Shown here in pieces: positions 16,777 through 27,179 of a DNA stretch of 47,795 nt; position 1 is the first letter of the stretch, and every line of letters starts with the position of its first letter. A program made the position numbers and the translations under genes. The DNA comes from a virus. Its lineage: Duplodnaviria; Caudoviricetes. The stretch is taken from the IMG/VR virus record IMGVR_UViG_3300038393_000411, positions 1-47,795 of that record. One strand, given 5' to 3'. Below the pieces are notes generated by a model. It had not been told where the DNA came from and ran no database searches. It saw only the letters and a program-made list of their open reading frames with translations.

Positions 16777-17208
16777 ATGCGAGCAATTACCGTGGCGGCA
16801 CTTCTTGCCCTGGCTGGCGGCGCTGTTGCCGCTCCAGTTTATCTGGATTGCGTCAAGAAATATGAGAATCCGCCACCAGGCGCGGCACGTGAGTTCCGCT
16901 TTTCCGTAAAAATCGACGAAGCCAACGGGACTATCACGCACACGGATGCGGATGGATCAGCGTTCAATGCCGAGGGGTTTTTCACTGCTCGCGAGGTCGG
17001 CTACAAGCACGAAGATGGCGATGCGAGCATCACCGAGAGAGTAATCGCCTACACAATCGATCGAGCCAACCTGACCTTTACGCGGACGTACACAGCGAGG
17101 CTTTCAGAAAGTGGGAGGGAAAGGCTCCAAAGCGCGGATGAGCTTAAGCGTGTCTTGACAATAAGAGGCGCGTGCAAAATCATGGACGTTAAAAACAGGA
17201 AGTTCTAA
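16777..17208 (+). CDS. Secreted/periplasmic moron protein
   Basis: Signal peptide MRAITVAALLALAGGAVA; one Cys near each end of the mature protein; GAGG RBS. Confidence 0.75.
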   Translation: MRAITVAALLALAGGAVAAPVYLDCVKKYENPPPGAAREFRFSVKIDEANGTITHTDADGSAFNAEGFFTAREVGYKHEDGDASITERVIAYTIDRANLTFTRTYTARLSESGRERLQSADELKRVLTIRGACKIMDVKNRKF

Positions 17209-17747
17209 CGCTTCTTCGGGACCTGCGCCAGCCTCTCCAGCTGGCCAAGTTGGTCATGGTGAAGCAGCAGCACCTGCGTGCTGGCAGCAAGCGCCTGCGC
17301 GGACCGTGTATAGGGTGCCGGGCTGACGACGACAGCCACGTGAGCGCCGTAGTGTAGACGCCCCGCGACAACCTCCTGCACAGCATGGTTGCCGACCGGG
17401 TGCGCGTACTTCTTGCACTGGATTACCACTTTCGTACCGCGCAGGACCGCGACGACATCGACGCCTTGGTCCTGTAGCGGAGTCGTATGCGCCCGCCAGC
17501 CGGCGTCGCGCAGTACCACGGCGCAGTAATCCTCGTAGGCGAGCGGCGAGAGGGCTGATACGTCCGACGCGCGCAGCATCGAGTCGCGGCGCAGCGCCTG
17601 GCCGCGCATCGAACGCCATGCCAGGAAAATCACGACGGCCATCACGGCTGTGTCCTCCCACGGTATGCGCGAGACAAACCAGCCTACCCCCAAGAGAAGC
17701 AAGGCAAGCGCGCACGATCCAGCCAGATTGGCGAAGAGTTGCCGCAT
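17205..17747 (-). CDS. Membrane-anchored Mrr-family restriction endonuclease
   Basis: Two N-terminal hydrophobic segments, then YE.YC..DQGVD..IQCKKY..VG..AVQEV..YT..A. Confidence 0.85.
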   Translation of the reverse strand: MRQLFANLAGSCALALLLLGVGWFVSRIPWEDTAVMAVVIFLAWRSMRGQALRRDSMLRASDVSALSPLAYEDYCAVVLRDAGWRAHTTPLQDQGVDVVAVLRGTKVVIQCKKYAHPVGNHAVQEVVAGRLHYGAHVAVVVSPAPYTRSAQALAASTQVLLLHHDQLGQLERLAQVPKKR

Positions 17748-17780
17748 TGTCGTAAATGTAACATAACCAAGTGAGCGCCC

Positions 17781-20700
17781 ATGGGTTCCGTGAACATCGA
17801 AATGCGCCTGAACCTGGTCGATACGGCCAGTGCTCCGGTGCGAGCGTTCATCTCGACGCTTGACGCGTTGCAATCTGCGGTGGCAGGCGTCTCGTCGCGC
17901 CTGGCGGGCCTTTCCGGCAGCATGGATGCGCTCAGCGCGTCGCTCGGCCTGATCAAGACCAATTCCGCCGGCGCGGCCACTGAGCTCGGCGCCGTTGGCA
18001 CGCAAGCCGGCACGGCTGCCGGCGAGACCGCGCGCCTGGAAACGACGATGGCGGCGCTGTCGCTGTCGCTCGAGCGCATTGTTGGTCAACTCAGCTTGAC
18101 GACTACCGGCCTTGCTGGCGTTGGCGGCGCTGCAGTTGCGGCCAGCGCGGAAGCCGGCGCCGCAATGAATGCGGTCGGCACCGGCGCGCAGGGCGCAGGC
18201 ACGCACGTGAACGCGCTCGCTGCCTCGATCCGCGGCATGGGTGAACTGTGGGCCGCCTTCAAGATCGAAAAGGGCCTGAAAACCGCTGTACAGGACGCCG
18301 CCGAGTACGAGCGCACCGACAACCGCCTGCGAAACATGAACCTGCGCCCGGATGAGTCGGACGCGATCCACCAATCAGTACGCCAGACCGGCCGCGACTT
18401 TCACCAGTTCGATCAAAACGAACTGTTGGAGATGGCGATTGACCTTCGCAACGCCACCGGCAGCGCGCACGAGGCAGCAACGGGCCTGAAAGGCTTCGCG
18501 GAGTCTGTCTTCGCCATCAACCTGTCGATGCCGAGTGGTAAAAAGCTCGACGAGCAGGGCACGCTGAACTTCGCCAAGTTCCTCGAAGGCCGCGGCGTGA
18601 CGATGGACCCGGCCGCCATGGCTGCGCAGCAGGATCTCGTGACGAAGATCGTCGCCGCGACGCAGGGTCGAGTGAACCCGAACAACTTGTTCGGCAACCT
18701 GACGTACGCCAAAGGCGGTCTCGGCCGCACGATGGACGACGAGGCGCTGGTGACGTTCGCCGCGATGATTGAGCAGGATTCACGCGGCGGCGGCACTGGT
18801 GGAACCATCGGCACGATGCTGACCTCGTTCGTCAACAGCATCTCGAAGGCAAACGCGATCACGACCAAGAACCGCGACGAGTGGCTGAAACTCGGCCTTG
18901 TCGACCCGGAAAAGGTCAACATCAATGCGAACACGAACCGCGTGACGAGCATTCAGGCCGGCGCCATTGCGGGCACGGACATCGTTGGCAAGAACTTCAA
19001 GCGCTGGGTGGACGAGTATCTCCGCCCGGCGCTGGTTGCCGCCGGCGTGAACATGGACGACCTGACGGCTGTCAAGGCAAAAACCGACGTGCTGTTTCCG
19101 AACCGGAACGCGGCAGAGGCGGCATTCCAGTTGCTGTCGAAGAAGGACCTGATCGAGAAGGACGCGGCCAACATCAACCAGGCCGCCGGCAAGGATGAGC
19201 AGGTCAAGAACGGCGAAAAGCTGTCCGCAGCGAACTGGGAGCGCTTCCACAAGGCGATCAATGACCTCGCGATCGCGATCGGAACTACGCTCCTGCCGGT
19301 CCTGAACCCGCTGCTGGAGGGCTTCACCAAGATTCTCGAGGTGCTCGGCCACCTGAGTCAGGATCATCCGGTGTTTGGCTTCATTCTGGGTCTGTCCGGG
19401 GCACTGGGCAGCGTCTCGCTCTTGATCGCCGGCGTGACGCGCCTGTTCGGGCCACTCGGCGCAGTCCTCGGCATCACCGCAGAGTCCTTTGGCGGCTTCG
19501 GCACGGTGGTTAGCACGGTCGGCGGGTTCATCGCGGCCGCGATCCCATTGATCCTCAAGTGGTTGCTGCGCCTGGCCGGCCCGATTGGCATCGTGCTGCT
19601 GATTTGGGACGCTGGTCTCGGCGACTGGATCTCGAAGCTGGAGGTGTTCGGCCATTCGGTCGGCGACTGGGCCTCGTCCCTTGCTGACAAGGTCGCGACC
19701 TCGTTCCTCAACATGTGGGTGCGCACCAAGGAGTATTTCGGCTTCCTGTCGAAGGACGCGGCCGACGCGCAGGTCGAGGCGAATAACCGCGCGAGCGGAC
19801 AGAAACAGGGCAAATTGGGCTTTGGCGGCCCGCAGCCGGCCGCAAGACGGGGTGGCGCATCGGGCGACTGGGATCGTGGCGAGGACGTGTCGCCGCAAGC
19901 CAGGGCGACCGAGGAAAAGCTCAAGCGCGAGAAGGCGATCGCGAAGCAACTGGAGGACAACAAGGCCGGCGCATCCGGCCTCGGCGGCGGCAAGGCGGGC
20001 GGGCGCTTCAAGAACTACGACGCGACCCTCGACGACGCCAAGAACGACCTGCGCCTCGAAGAGGACGAACTCGCCCGCCACATGAAGGCCGAGGATGAGC
20101 TCTACAAGGCCAACAAGCTGTCTATCGACGAGTACTACGACGACAAACTGGCCACGATCCGAAAGAGCGTCAACGCACAGATCGCCGAGCTTGAGCGCGA
20201 AAAGGCTGCCTACCAGCGTCAGGGCGATAAAGCCGGCGTGAACCGGACAAATACCGAGATCACGCTGCGCAAGCGCGACCTGGCCGACAACGTGAAGTCG
20301 GTCGAGGTCCAGCGCGAGAAAGACCTCAATGCGTTGAAAGAAAAAGGTCTTCAGCTCGACGCCCAGATGTTGCGGGCAGAAGGTAAGAGGGACCAGTCGG
20401 TTCTCGAGCGTCAAATCCAACAGCTCAAGAAGGATCAGGAAGAGTACCTGCGCAGCGGCGACTACGAGCACGCGGTCCGCGCACAGCAGGCCATCGACAC
20501 GGCCAAGCTGACAGCCGCATGGGAAGACTACGGCGACGCGGTCAAGAAGGTGCACGAGGAAACGCAGACCAAGGAAGCTGCGATCGATGCCGATGTTAAA
20601 TCCGGCAGCCTTTCCAAGTACACGGCCGAACAGAAGATTTTCGAGCTGCGGAAGGAGGAGGCGCGTCAACTCGACGAACTGATCGCGAAGGAACGTGCGC

Positions 20701-21410
20701 TGATCGAGTCTTCGGATGCGCCCCAGGCGGAGAAGGATCGGCGCCTAAAGACGCTCGATCTGGCGCAGGCACGCGCGAATGCGACCATCTCCGAGATGAA
20801 CCCGGAGGATGCGCGGGTCAAGCACGCCCTGGACAGCGGCATTGAGAACAGCTTCACCGGTCTTTTCCGCAACATCATCTCCGGCTCGAAGTCGGCCAGC
20901 GCTGCCTTTAAAGACTTCGGTAACAGCATCGCCAACGTGGTTGACCAACTGGTTGCTGAGCAGCTTGGGAAGCAGTTATTCCAGTCGCTGTTCGGGCAGG
21001 GCGGCGTGAGCATGGGCGGCATGGGCGGCGGCTCGATGTCCGGTGGCGGCGGGTTTCTCGGCAGCCTGTTTGGCGGCGGTAGTGGTTCAGCAGGTGTCGA
21101 CGCCAATGCCGACATCTCGATGGTCAACGGCGCCTCTGGCGGTGGTTTCTGGGACACCATCGTCAACCTGCTACCTAAATTCGACGTCGGCACCAATCGT
21201 GTTCCACGGGACATGGCGGCATTGATTCACGAGGGCGAGATGATCGTCCCGGCGTATGACGCCGAGCGTATCCGCAGCGGGCGAGGGCAAACACCGACGC
21301 ATGTGACGAACAACTTCACCGTGGCCGGCAACGTGACCCGCGAAACGCAGTCGCAGATCGCGGTGCAGGCGTCGCTCGGCGTGCAGCGCGCAACCAGGAG
21401 AAACGGATGA
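17781..21410 (+). CDS. Tail tape measure protein
   Basis: 1209 aa, Ala/Gly-rich and helical, with a central hydrophobic stretch; FDVGT..VP.D..A.IH.GE C-terminus. Confidence 0.93.
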   Translation: MGSVNIEMRLNLVDTASAPVRAFISTLDALQSAVAGVSSRLAGLSGSMDALSASLGLIKTNSAGAATELGAVGTQAGTAAGETARLETTMAALSLSLERIVGQLSLTTTGLAGVGGAAVAASAEAGAAMNAVGTGAQGAGTHVNALAASIRGMGELWAAFKIEKGLKTAVQDAAEYERTDNRLRNMNLRPDESDAIHQSVRQTGRDFHQFDQNELLEMAIDLRNATGSAHEAATGLKGFAESVFAINLSMPSGKKLDEQGTLNFAKFLEGRGVTMDPAAMAAQQDLVTKIVAATQGRVNPNNLFGNLTYAKGGLGRTMDDEALVTFAAMIEQDSRGGGTGGTIGTMLTSFVNSISKANAITTKNRDEWLKLGLVDPEKVNINANTNRVTSIQAGAIAGTDIVGKNFKRWVDEYLRPALVAAGVNMDDLTAVKAKTDVLFPNRNAAEAAFQLLSKKDLIEKDAANINQAAGKDEQVKNGEKLSAANWERFHKAINDLAIAIGTTLLPVLNPLLEGFTKILEVLGHLSQDHPVFGFILGLSGALGSVSLLIAGVTRLFGPLGAVLGITAESFGGFGTVVSTVGGFIAAAIPLILKWLLRLAGPIGIVLLIWDAGLGDWISKLEVFGHSVGDWASSLADKVATSFLNMWVRTKEYFGFLSKDAADAQVEANNRASGQKQGKLGFGGPQPAARRGGASGDWDRGEDVSPQARATEEKLKREKAIAKQLEDNKAGASGLGGGKAGGRFKNYDATLDDAKNDLRLEEDELARHMKAEDELYKANKLSIDEYYDDKLATIRKSVNAQIAELEREKAAYQRQGDKAGVNRTNTEITLRKRDLADNVKSVEVQREKDLNALKEKGLQLDAQMLRAEGKRDQSVLERQIQQLKKDQEEYLRSGDYEHAVRAQQAIDTAKLTAAWEDYGDAVKKVHEETQTKEAAIDADVKSGSLSKYTAEQKIFELRKEEARQLDELIAKERALIESSDAPQAEKDRRLKTLDLAQARANATISEMNPEDARVKHALDSGIENSFTGLFRNIISGSKSASAAFKDFGNSIANVVDQLVAEQLGKQLFQSLFGQGGVSMGGMGGGSMSGGGGFLGSLFGGGSGSAGVDANADISMVNGASGGGFWDTIVNLLPKFDVGTNRVPRDMAALIHEGEMIVPAYDAERIRSGRGQTPTHVTNNFTVAGNVTRETQSQIAVQASLGVQRATRRNG

Positions 21411-22030
21411 CGGGATTTGCCGAGGTCAGGGTCGACGACAACCTGATCATCTATCGCACGGTGGGCGGCCCGACCTTTTCCACGGCCGTCAGCGTGGTCG
21501 ACTCGGGGCGCGAATACCGCAATGCCAACTGGTCGCTTCCTCTCGGGCAGTGGGAACTCGGCGAGCGCGACATGATGCCGGGCGACCTGGAGGCGATGAA
21601 GAACTTCTTCAACGCGCGGCAGGGCAAGGCGCAGGGGTTCCGCTTCAAGGACTGGGCCGACTACCGTGATGGCGGCATGGGCGTGCTGGTTGCGGTTCCG
21701 GGCGTCTCGGGCAGCTACCAGATGTACAAGCAGTACCCGTCCGGTGGTGTCACTGGCCTACGCAAGATCGTCAAGCCCGTCGCCGACAGAATCAAGGTGT
21801 ACAGCGCGGGCTCCCTGATCACTGCCACGGTCGATTCGACGACGGGCATCGTGACGGGCGTGTCTGGTTCCACGCTTACATGGACTGGCGAGTTCGATAC
21901 GCCGGTGCGGTTCGACACGGACCAGTTGCGATACGAGTTCATCGCCGCGAATGGGCCTGGCGGCGCCGCCAACGTCAAGGACGTGTATTTCCACCTGTTC
22001 AGCCTGCCGATTACGGAGCTCCGCCTGTGA
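21407..22030 (+). CDS. Distal tail protein (DUF2460, GTA-like)
   Basis: GGP.FST..SG.E.RN..W, FF.AR.G..GFRFKDW.DY, GEFD.PVRFD motifs. Confidence 0.9.
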   Translation: MTGFAEVRVDDNLIIYRTVGGPTFSTAVSVVDSGREYRNANWSLPLGQWELGERDMMPGDLEAMKNFFNARQGKAQGFRFKDWADYRDGGMGVLVAVPGVSGSYQMYKQYPSGGVTGLRKIVKPVADRIKVYSAGSLITATVDSTTGIVTGVSGSTLTWTGEFDTPVRFDTDQLRYEFIAANGPGGAANVKDVYFHLFSLPITELRL

Positions 22031-24330
22031 AAAACCTGAGCACGGCGCTGCGCAATCACTACGCCGGCGATGTGACGACGCTTACGACATGCTGGAAGGC
22101 GACGCTGCAGAACGGGACGGTCGTTGCCGCCACCAAGTTGGACCGCGATCTCGTGATCGATGGCGTGACCTACCAATCGGTGGTCGGCTACTTCGATTCC
22201 GACGTCGAGAACAGCGCGGAACTCAACCCGGACAATCTGGAAATCGATGGCTTCCTCGCATCGCCGGCAATCACCAATGCCGATATCCATTCCGGCGCTT
22301 GGGACTATGCCGCGATCGAGATGTTCGAGGTCAATTACAACGACCTCACGATGGGCAAGAACATTCTGCGCACGGGCACGCTCGGCGAAGTGAAGGGCGG
22401 CCGCATCAAGTTCACCGCGGAGTTGCGCGGCCTGATGCAAGCCTACACCCGTACCATCGTCCGACTGATGACGAAGGACTGCAATGCGGACCTGGGCGAC
22501 GGCCGGTGCAAGGTCGACATGACGCTTTTCACCGCGACCGGAACTGTCGGAAGTTCGAACAGTACGAACAGCGTGATCTACGACGCCGGCCGCACCGAAG
22601 CGGGGCCGGATGGCGCCAAGGCTATCACTGGGATATCGCGCGCGGCAAGCGCTGTTGTGACATGCCCGGCGCACGGGTTCGCGACGAATGCAACCGTGCA
22701 GCTGTCCGATATTGTGGGCTGCATCTTGGCCGGCGCAACGAAAGATGGCGTGTTCTACGCCGGCAGCGGCGACAGTGTGAACGGCATGCTGTTCCAGATC
22801 AGCGTCATCGACGCGGACCACTTCAGCATACCGCTGGACACGCGCTCGTATAACGCTGATAGCTCGATCGGCGTGACCGATCCGCTGCAGGTGTACTCGT
22901 CGTACGTCAGCGGCGGGCTTGCGCATCCGGCGAATGCAAGCGGCTACTTCGATCACGGGACGATCACCTTCAACTCGGGCGCAAATAGTGGCCTGTCGAT
23001 GGAAGTAAAAGCCTATGCACCGGGCGTCATCACGCTGATGCTGCCGATGCCGTTCGCTGTCGTTGCCGGCGATGCCTACACGATCAAGGCCGGCTGCAAT
23101 CAGGCCTTCGAAACGTGTCAGCAGAGGTTCGGCAATGTCGTGAATTACAGGGGCTTCCCGAACCTGCCGCAGTCGAAGATTTATCGGCGCGGAGCAGAAG
23201 GCGTTGGCACTACTGACGGAACGAGCGGCACTGGAGGCAGTAGTGGTACGGGCGCCGGTTCCGGTGGTGGCGCAAGCAGTGCAGCTCCGACCCTGTATGT
23301 GTCCACTACAGGCAGTGACAGCAACAGCGGCACCAGCGCAGCCACGCCATTCCTTACCATCGCCCACGCGGCCAGCGTCGCCAACCCAGGCGACGTCATC
23401 TTGGTCGCCAATGGCACCTACAGCTTCACCAGCGGCACGAGCGGGGCGGGCAGCACCGGCATGGTTACGTCCTGCTCCGGCACGGCGTCCCAGCCGATCA
23501 CGTTCGTCTCCGCTACCCCGTACGGCGCCAAGCTGGTCGACGCGGGCCTGGGCATCACGTGGCAACACAACGGCCACTACACGATCATCGACGGCTTCGA
23601 GATAACCGGCTCCCAGCGCATCGGCATCTACCTCACGGGCGACTCTTGCGAGGTGCGCCACAACTATATCCACGACCTGCTGGCCCATGGCGGCGCCGGC
23701 GGACCAGGTGGTGCGGCCATCGACGGCATCGGTGCCAACATGGTCATCCACCGCAACCACATCAATAACATCGATGTCGCGAAGTATACGGGCAGCTCGC
23801 TCGTGCAGGGTATTTACATCGCCGGCGCCGGTTGGACCGTCAAGAATAACGTCGTCTCGAACGTCGCCTCGACCAACATCCAGCAATGGCACGGCGCCAC
23901 CGCGTCGACCATCGTCAACAACACGCTGTTCCACTCGACCACCGGCATCATGCTAGGCGATGGCGACTCGGGCGCGCTGCCGGGCGGCTCCGCCGACAAC
24001 CTGGTCGCCAACAACATCGTGTACGACCACAGCGGGTACGGCATCCGCGAATACGGCGCCGTCGGCACGAACAACCGCTACTACAACAACCTGGTGTTCT
24101 CCAGCGGGACCGACCTCGCGCTGAACACGGGCGCCACCGAGAGCGGCACCATCAGCGCGTCGCCCCTGTTCGTCACCTACCAGTCCGATGGGAGTGGGGA
24201 TTACCGCCTTGCCTCAGGATCGCCGGCGATCGGTGCTGGCTTGGCGGCCTATGCGCCGGCGACAGACTACAGCGGTCTTACGCGTACATCTCCGTTCGAT
24301 CTTGGGGCCTACAAATACACTGGTGCATGA
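22027..24330 (+). CDS. Baseplate hub (DUF2163/BR0599-like) fused to a C-terminal right-handed beta-helix
   Basis: C.A.LGD.RC and GC....TC..RF.N..N.RGFP.LP hub motifs, a Gly/Ser linker, then YVS.TGSD.N.G..PF.TI and NN-ladder repeats. Confidence 0.85.
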   Translation: MKNLSTALRNHYAGDVTTLTTCWKATLQNGTVVAATKLDRDLVIDGVTYQSVVGYFDSDVENSAELNPDNLEIDGFLASPAITNADIHSGAWDYAAIEMFEVNYNDLTMGKNILRTGTLGEVKGGRIKFTAELRGLMQAYTRTIVRLMTKDCNADLGDGRCKVDMTLFTATGTVGSSNSTNSVIYDAGRTEAGPDGAKAITGISRAASAVVTCPAHGFATNATVQLSDIVGCILAGATKDGVFYAGSGDSVNGMLFQISVIDADHFSIPLDTRSYNADSSIGVTDPLQVYSSYVSGGLAHPANASGYFDHGTITFNSGANSGLSMEVKAYAPGVITLMLPMPFAVVAGDAYTIKAGCNQAFETCQQRFGNVVNYRGFPNLPQSKIYRRGAEGVGTTDGTSGTGGSSGTGAGSGGGASSAAPTLYVSTTGSDSNSGTSAATPFLTIAHAASVANPGDVILVANGTYSFTSGTSGAGSTGMVTSCSGTASQPITFVSATPYGAKLVDAGLGITWQHNGHYTIIDGFEITGSQRIGIYLTGDSCEVRHNYIHDLLAHGGAGGPGGAAIDGIGANMVIHRNHINNIDVAKYTGSSLVQGIYIAGAGWTVKNNVVSNVASTNIQQWHGATASTIVNNTLFHSTTGIMLGDGDSGALPGGSADNLVANNIVYDHSGYGIREYGAVGTNNRYYNNLVFSSGTDLALNTGATESGTISASPLFVTYQSDGSGDYRLASGSPAIGAGLAAYAPATDYSGLTRTSPFDLGAYKYTGA

Positions 24331-24761
24331 CAATGAGAAAAGAACAGATTGTCGCGATCGCTCGCGAGCAGATCGGTGTGCGCTGGCAGCACCAGGCCCG
24401 CGTCGGCGGCATCGCCATGGACTGCGCCGGCTTGCCGATCCTGATCGGGCAGCGCCTTGGCATTTCGATTGAGTCCCTGGCGAACTACGGGCGCCTGCCG
24501 GTTCCGAGCGAAATGCGACGTGAGCTCGATGCGCACCTTGTGCGCGCAGCAAAGGCTGAAATGCAGCCGGGCGACGTGGTCTGGATCCGGTTCGAGGTCG
24601 AGCCGCAGCATTTCGCCATCGTCGGCGACTACGTGCATGGCGGCCTGTCGCTGATCCACGCGTACAACGGCGCCGGCATCAACAAGGTGGTCGAGCATCG
24701 GCTCGATGAGCAATGGCTCGCGCGCATCGTGGGCGTGTGGCGTTTTCCGGGAGTGCAATAG
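24327..24761 (+). CDS. NlpC/P60 tail-associated peptidase
   Basis: AR..IG..W.HQ.R..DC.GL, PGD, H.AI, IHA motifs. Confidence 0.9.
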   Translation: MTMRKEQIVAIAREQIGVRWQHQARVGGIAMDCAGLPILIGQRLGISIESLANYGRLPVPSEMRRELDAHLVRAAKAEMQPGDVVWIRFEVEPQHFAIVGDYVHGGLSLIHAYNGAGINKVVEHRLDEQWLARIVGVWRFPGVQ

Positions 24762-27179
24762 ATGTCGGGCTCGTTGATTGGTGGGATTATCGGCGCTGGC
24801 ATCGGCTTTATTGTCAGTGGTGGCAACCCGATGGGTGCCATGTATGGCTGGTCGGCCGGCAGTATCGCCGGCGGCCTGCTGTTCCCGCAGCATATGGACG
24901 GCCCGCGCCTCACCGATCTGAAACCGCAGTCGTCCGAGTATGGCAGACCGATCCCGATCGTCTACGGCACCGTTGCGCTTGGCGGAAATGTCATCTGGGC
25001 GTCTGACTACGTTCAGGAAGAAGATGACTCAGGCGGCAAAGGCGGTCCGAGTGTCACGACCTACAGCTATTACGGGAATTTCGCCGTCGCCTTCGCGGAA
25101 GGGGAATGCAGCATCGGACGCCTGTGGGCGGGGCCCGAGAAGCGCCTGATCTGGGATGGCGCGAAGCTGGAAGGGGGCGGCTCGGTGCGTTTCTACACTG
25201 GCACCGAGGACCAGCTGCCGGATCCACTGATCGAGTCGTATCTCGGCGCTGGAAACGTCCCGGCCTATCGCGGGACCTGCTACGTCGTCTTCGAGCGCTT
25301 TCCGCTGGCCAAAGACGGCAATACGATCCCATTTATCACGGCCGAGATTGGCGCGACATCGCAGGGTTTCGTTTGCCCGGCGCCGGTTTCATCGGTGACA
25401 GTAGACGGTCTGACGTATTCGATTTACGACCCCGCGCCGCAAAAGGTCACGGATACGCATGAAATTGTGGCGACCATATTCGACTATGGCCGCGCGTTTT
25501 TCGACGAATCAACAGGCCTGATTTACTACACATACAAGGACATTGGCGACGTCTGGTGGCTGGACCGGGTTGACCCGCAGACTGGATACGTTGGGCCACC
25601 ACTGGAACTGGCGACGGGATTCTATCTCGGCGGAGATCTGCGGATCGCATGGAACAACGCGGGCCTCGCGGCGTTCGTGGTCGACAACTACGCACCTATC
25701 GGCTACGTCTCACTGCTCGACTGGAACGTGTACTTTCGCGAGACAAAGTACCAAAGTGTTTGCTCGGGCAGCACTTGTGTCTGGGTTCCGGTGGAGATGT
25801 CGGATGTTGTGTGGGATGTTGCATACAACCGGTGGCGGTTTCTCGGCGCGTCGAACATTCTGAATGCATCCGGTTACGGCTTGGCGGCGACGGCTGTTTC
25901 AGATTATGCCTGGGGAACCGGCATCCGCTATGACGGCCACCTGACCCCAATCGGACCTGGCGCACTGTATGGCTACGCGGCGCACTTGATTTTGCAGCCG
26001 TCTGATTACTCGACCGACGCGAACATTTACTGGCAGGCTTTCGACACGAAGCGCCACATCCTGGTCGATTTCAACAACGGCGTCTATAACCTGATTGATT
26101 CCAGCACGTATATCAAGACGGCTGCGTTTGGATTTCCGTCCGGAGAGGGGCAGGCCGTTTACAGCGAGGCGCAGGACCGCTTCTATGTCGCTGACTATAC
26201 GAACGGCAATATTTACATCTATGACCCGGAAAAACTAACGCCGCTGGGCTGGCCGCGCGAAGACTGCATCCTATACAAAGGCCCGCTGCCGAGGCAGGCC
26301 TACGCCAACGGCGATCCGATCAAGATCGAGTTCACGATGCGGCTGATCATCGTCCCGAGTGAGCCGGATTGGCTGTACGTCCTGACCGCAGGCGGCGAGA
26401 TGATGAAGGTGAGCATCGCGCGCACGGGATCGACCAAGCAGAACGGGATTTCGCTGGCCGACGTCGTCAGTGACCTGTCGCTGCGTGCCGGCGAATCTCG
26501 CATTGACGTATCGCAGCTGGAGGACGACACGGTCGACGGCTACACGATTGCGCGGCAGACTACGGTGCGCAACGCGATCGATGCGCTGCGGCCGGCGTAC
26601 TATTTTGACGCGGTCGAGAGTGGAGGGCTGATCAAGTACGTCAAGCGCGGCGGTGCGCCGGTCGTCACCATCGACGCTGACGACCTGGACGCGCGCAGCG
26701 GCGGCGAGCACTCGGGCGACCCGCTGTTGACGACCCGTCAGATGGAGGTCGAACTGCCGCGGGTGGTGAACGTGAATTACCTGCTTGCCGCGACCGACTA
26801 CTCGCCGGCGACAAGGCTTGCGAAACGCCTGGTCGGAGCGAGCGGCAACGAGAGTACGCTCGAACTCCCGCTCGTGCTCACCGACACCAAGGCGCAAGAG
26901 GTTGCCGACGTCAATCTGCAGGTGACGTGGGTTCAGCGGTTGACGTACGCATTCAGTCTGCCGCGCAAATACGCCTACCTCGAGCCGACTGATCACATCA
27001 TCGTGCAAGGCAATGGCATGCGCCTGACGAAAGCGACACGCACACCGCAAGGCATCCTCAAATGCGAGGCCGTAGCTGACGGGGTGACGTTTTACACGCC
27101 AAACACCACGGTGAGCGAGACCCCTGCGAACCAGCAGACAGTCTACGTGCCGGGAATAACTTCGCTGGAGCTGATGTGA
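24762..27179 (+). CDS. Central tail / host-specificity protein, N-terminal part (GTA megatron-like)
   Basis: GPRL.DL..S.YG.PIP.VYG..GN.IW, Y.G...Q.PDP, PAYRG..Y.VF and ELP..V motifs. Confidence 0.88.
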   Translation: MSGSLIGGIIGAGIGFIVSGGNPMGAMYGWSAGSIAGGLLFPQHMDGPRLTDLKPQSSEYGRPIPIVYGTVALGGNVIWASDYVQEEDDSGGKGGPSVTTYSYYGNFAVAFAEGECSIGRLWAGPEKRLIWDGAKLEGGGSVRFYTGTEDQLPDPLIESYLGAGNVPAYRGTCYVVFERFPLAKDGNTIPFITAEIGATSQGFVCPAPVSSVTVDGLTYSIYDPAPQKVTDTHEIVATIFDYGRAFFDESTGLIYYTYKDIGDVWWLDRVDPQTGYVGPPLELATGFYLGGDLRIAWNNAGLAAFVVDNYAPIGYVSLLDWNVYFRETKYQSVCSGSTCVWVPVEMSDVVWDVAYNRWRFLGASNILNASGYGLAATAVSDYAWGTGIRYDGHLTPIGPGALYGYAAHLILQPSDYSTDANIYWQAFDTKRHILVDFNNGVYNLIDSSTYIKTAAFGFPSGEGQAVYSEAQDRFYVADYTNGNIYIYDPEKLTPLGWPREDCILYKGPLPRQAYANGDPIKIEFTMRLIIVPSEPDWLYVLTAGGEMMKVSIARTGSTKQNGISLADVVSDLSLRAGESRIDVSQLEDDTVDGYTIARQTTVRNAIDALRPAYYFDAVESGGLIKYVKRGGAPVVTIDADDLDARSGGEHSGDPLLTTRQMEVELPRVVNVNYLLAATDYSPATRLAKRLVGASGNESTLELPLVLTDTKAQEVADVNLQVTWVQRLTYAFSLPRKYAYLEPTDHIIVQGNGMRLTKATRTPQGILKCEAVADGVTFYTPNTTVSETPANQQTVYVPGITSLELM

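Noticed and set aside
17748-18374. Long N-terminal extension of the Mrr-like ORF (389-aa call)
   Set aside because: It overlaps the tape measure gene; ATG 17747 has a fitting -10 element and begins the TM segment.
18780-20669. 629-aa ORF on the - strand
   Set aside because: Antisense shadow of the tape measure gene.
21715-23934. 739-aa ORF on the - strand
   Set aside because: Antisense shadow of the distal tail and hub genes.
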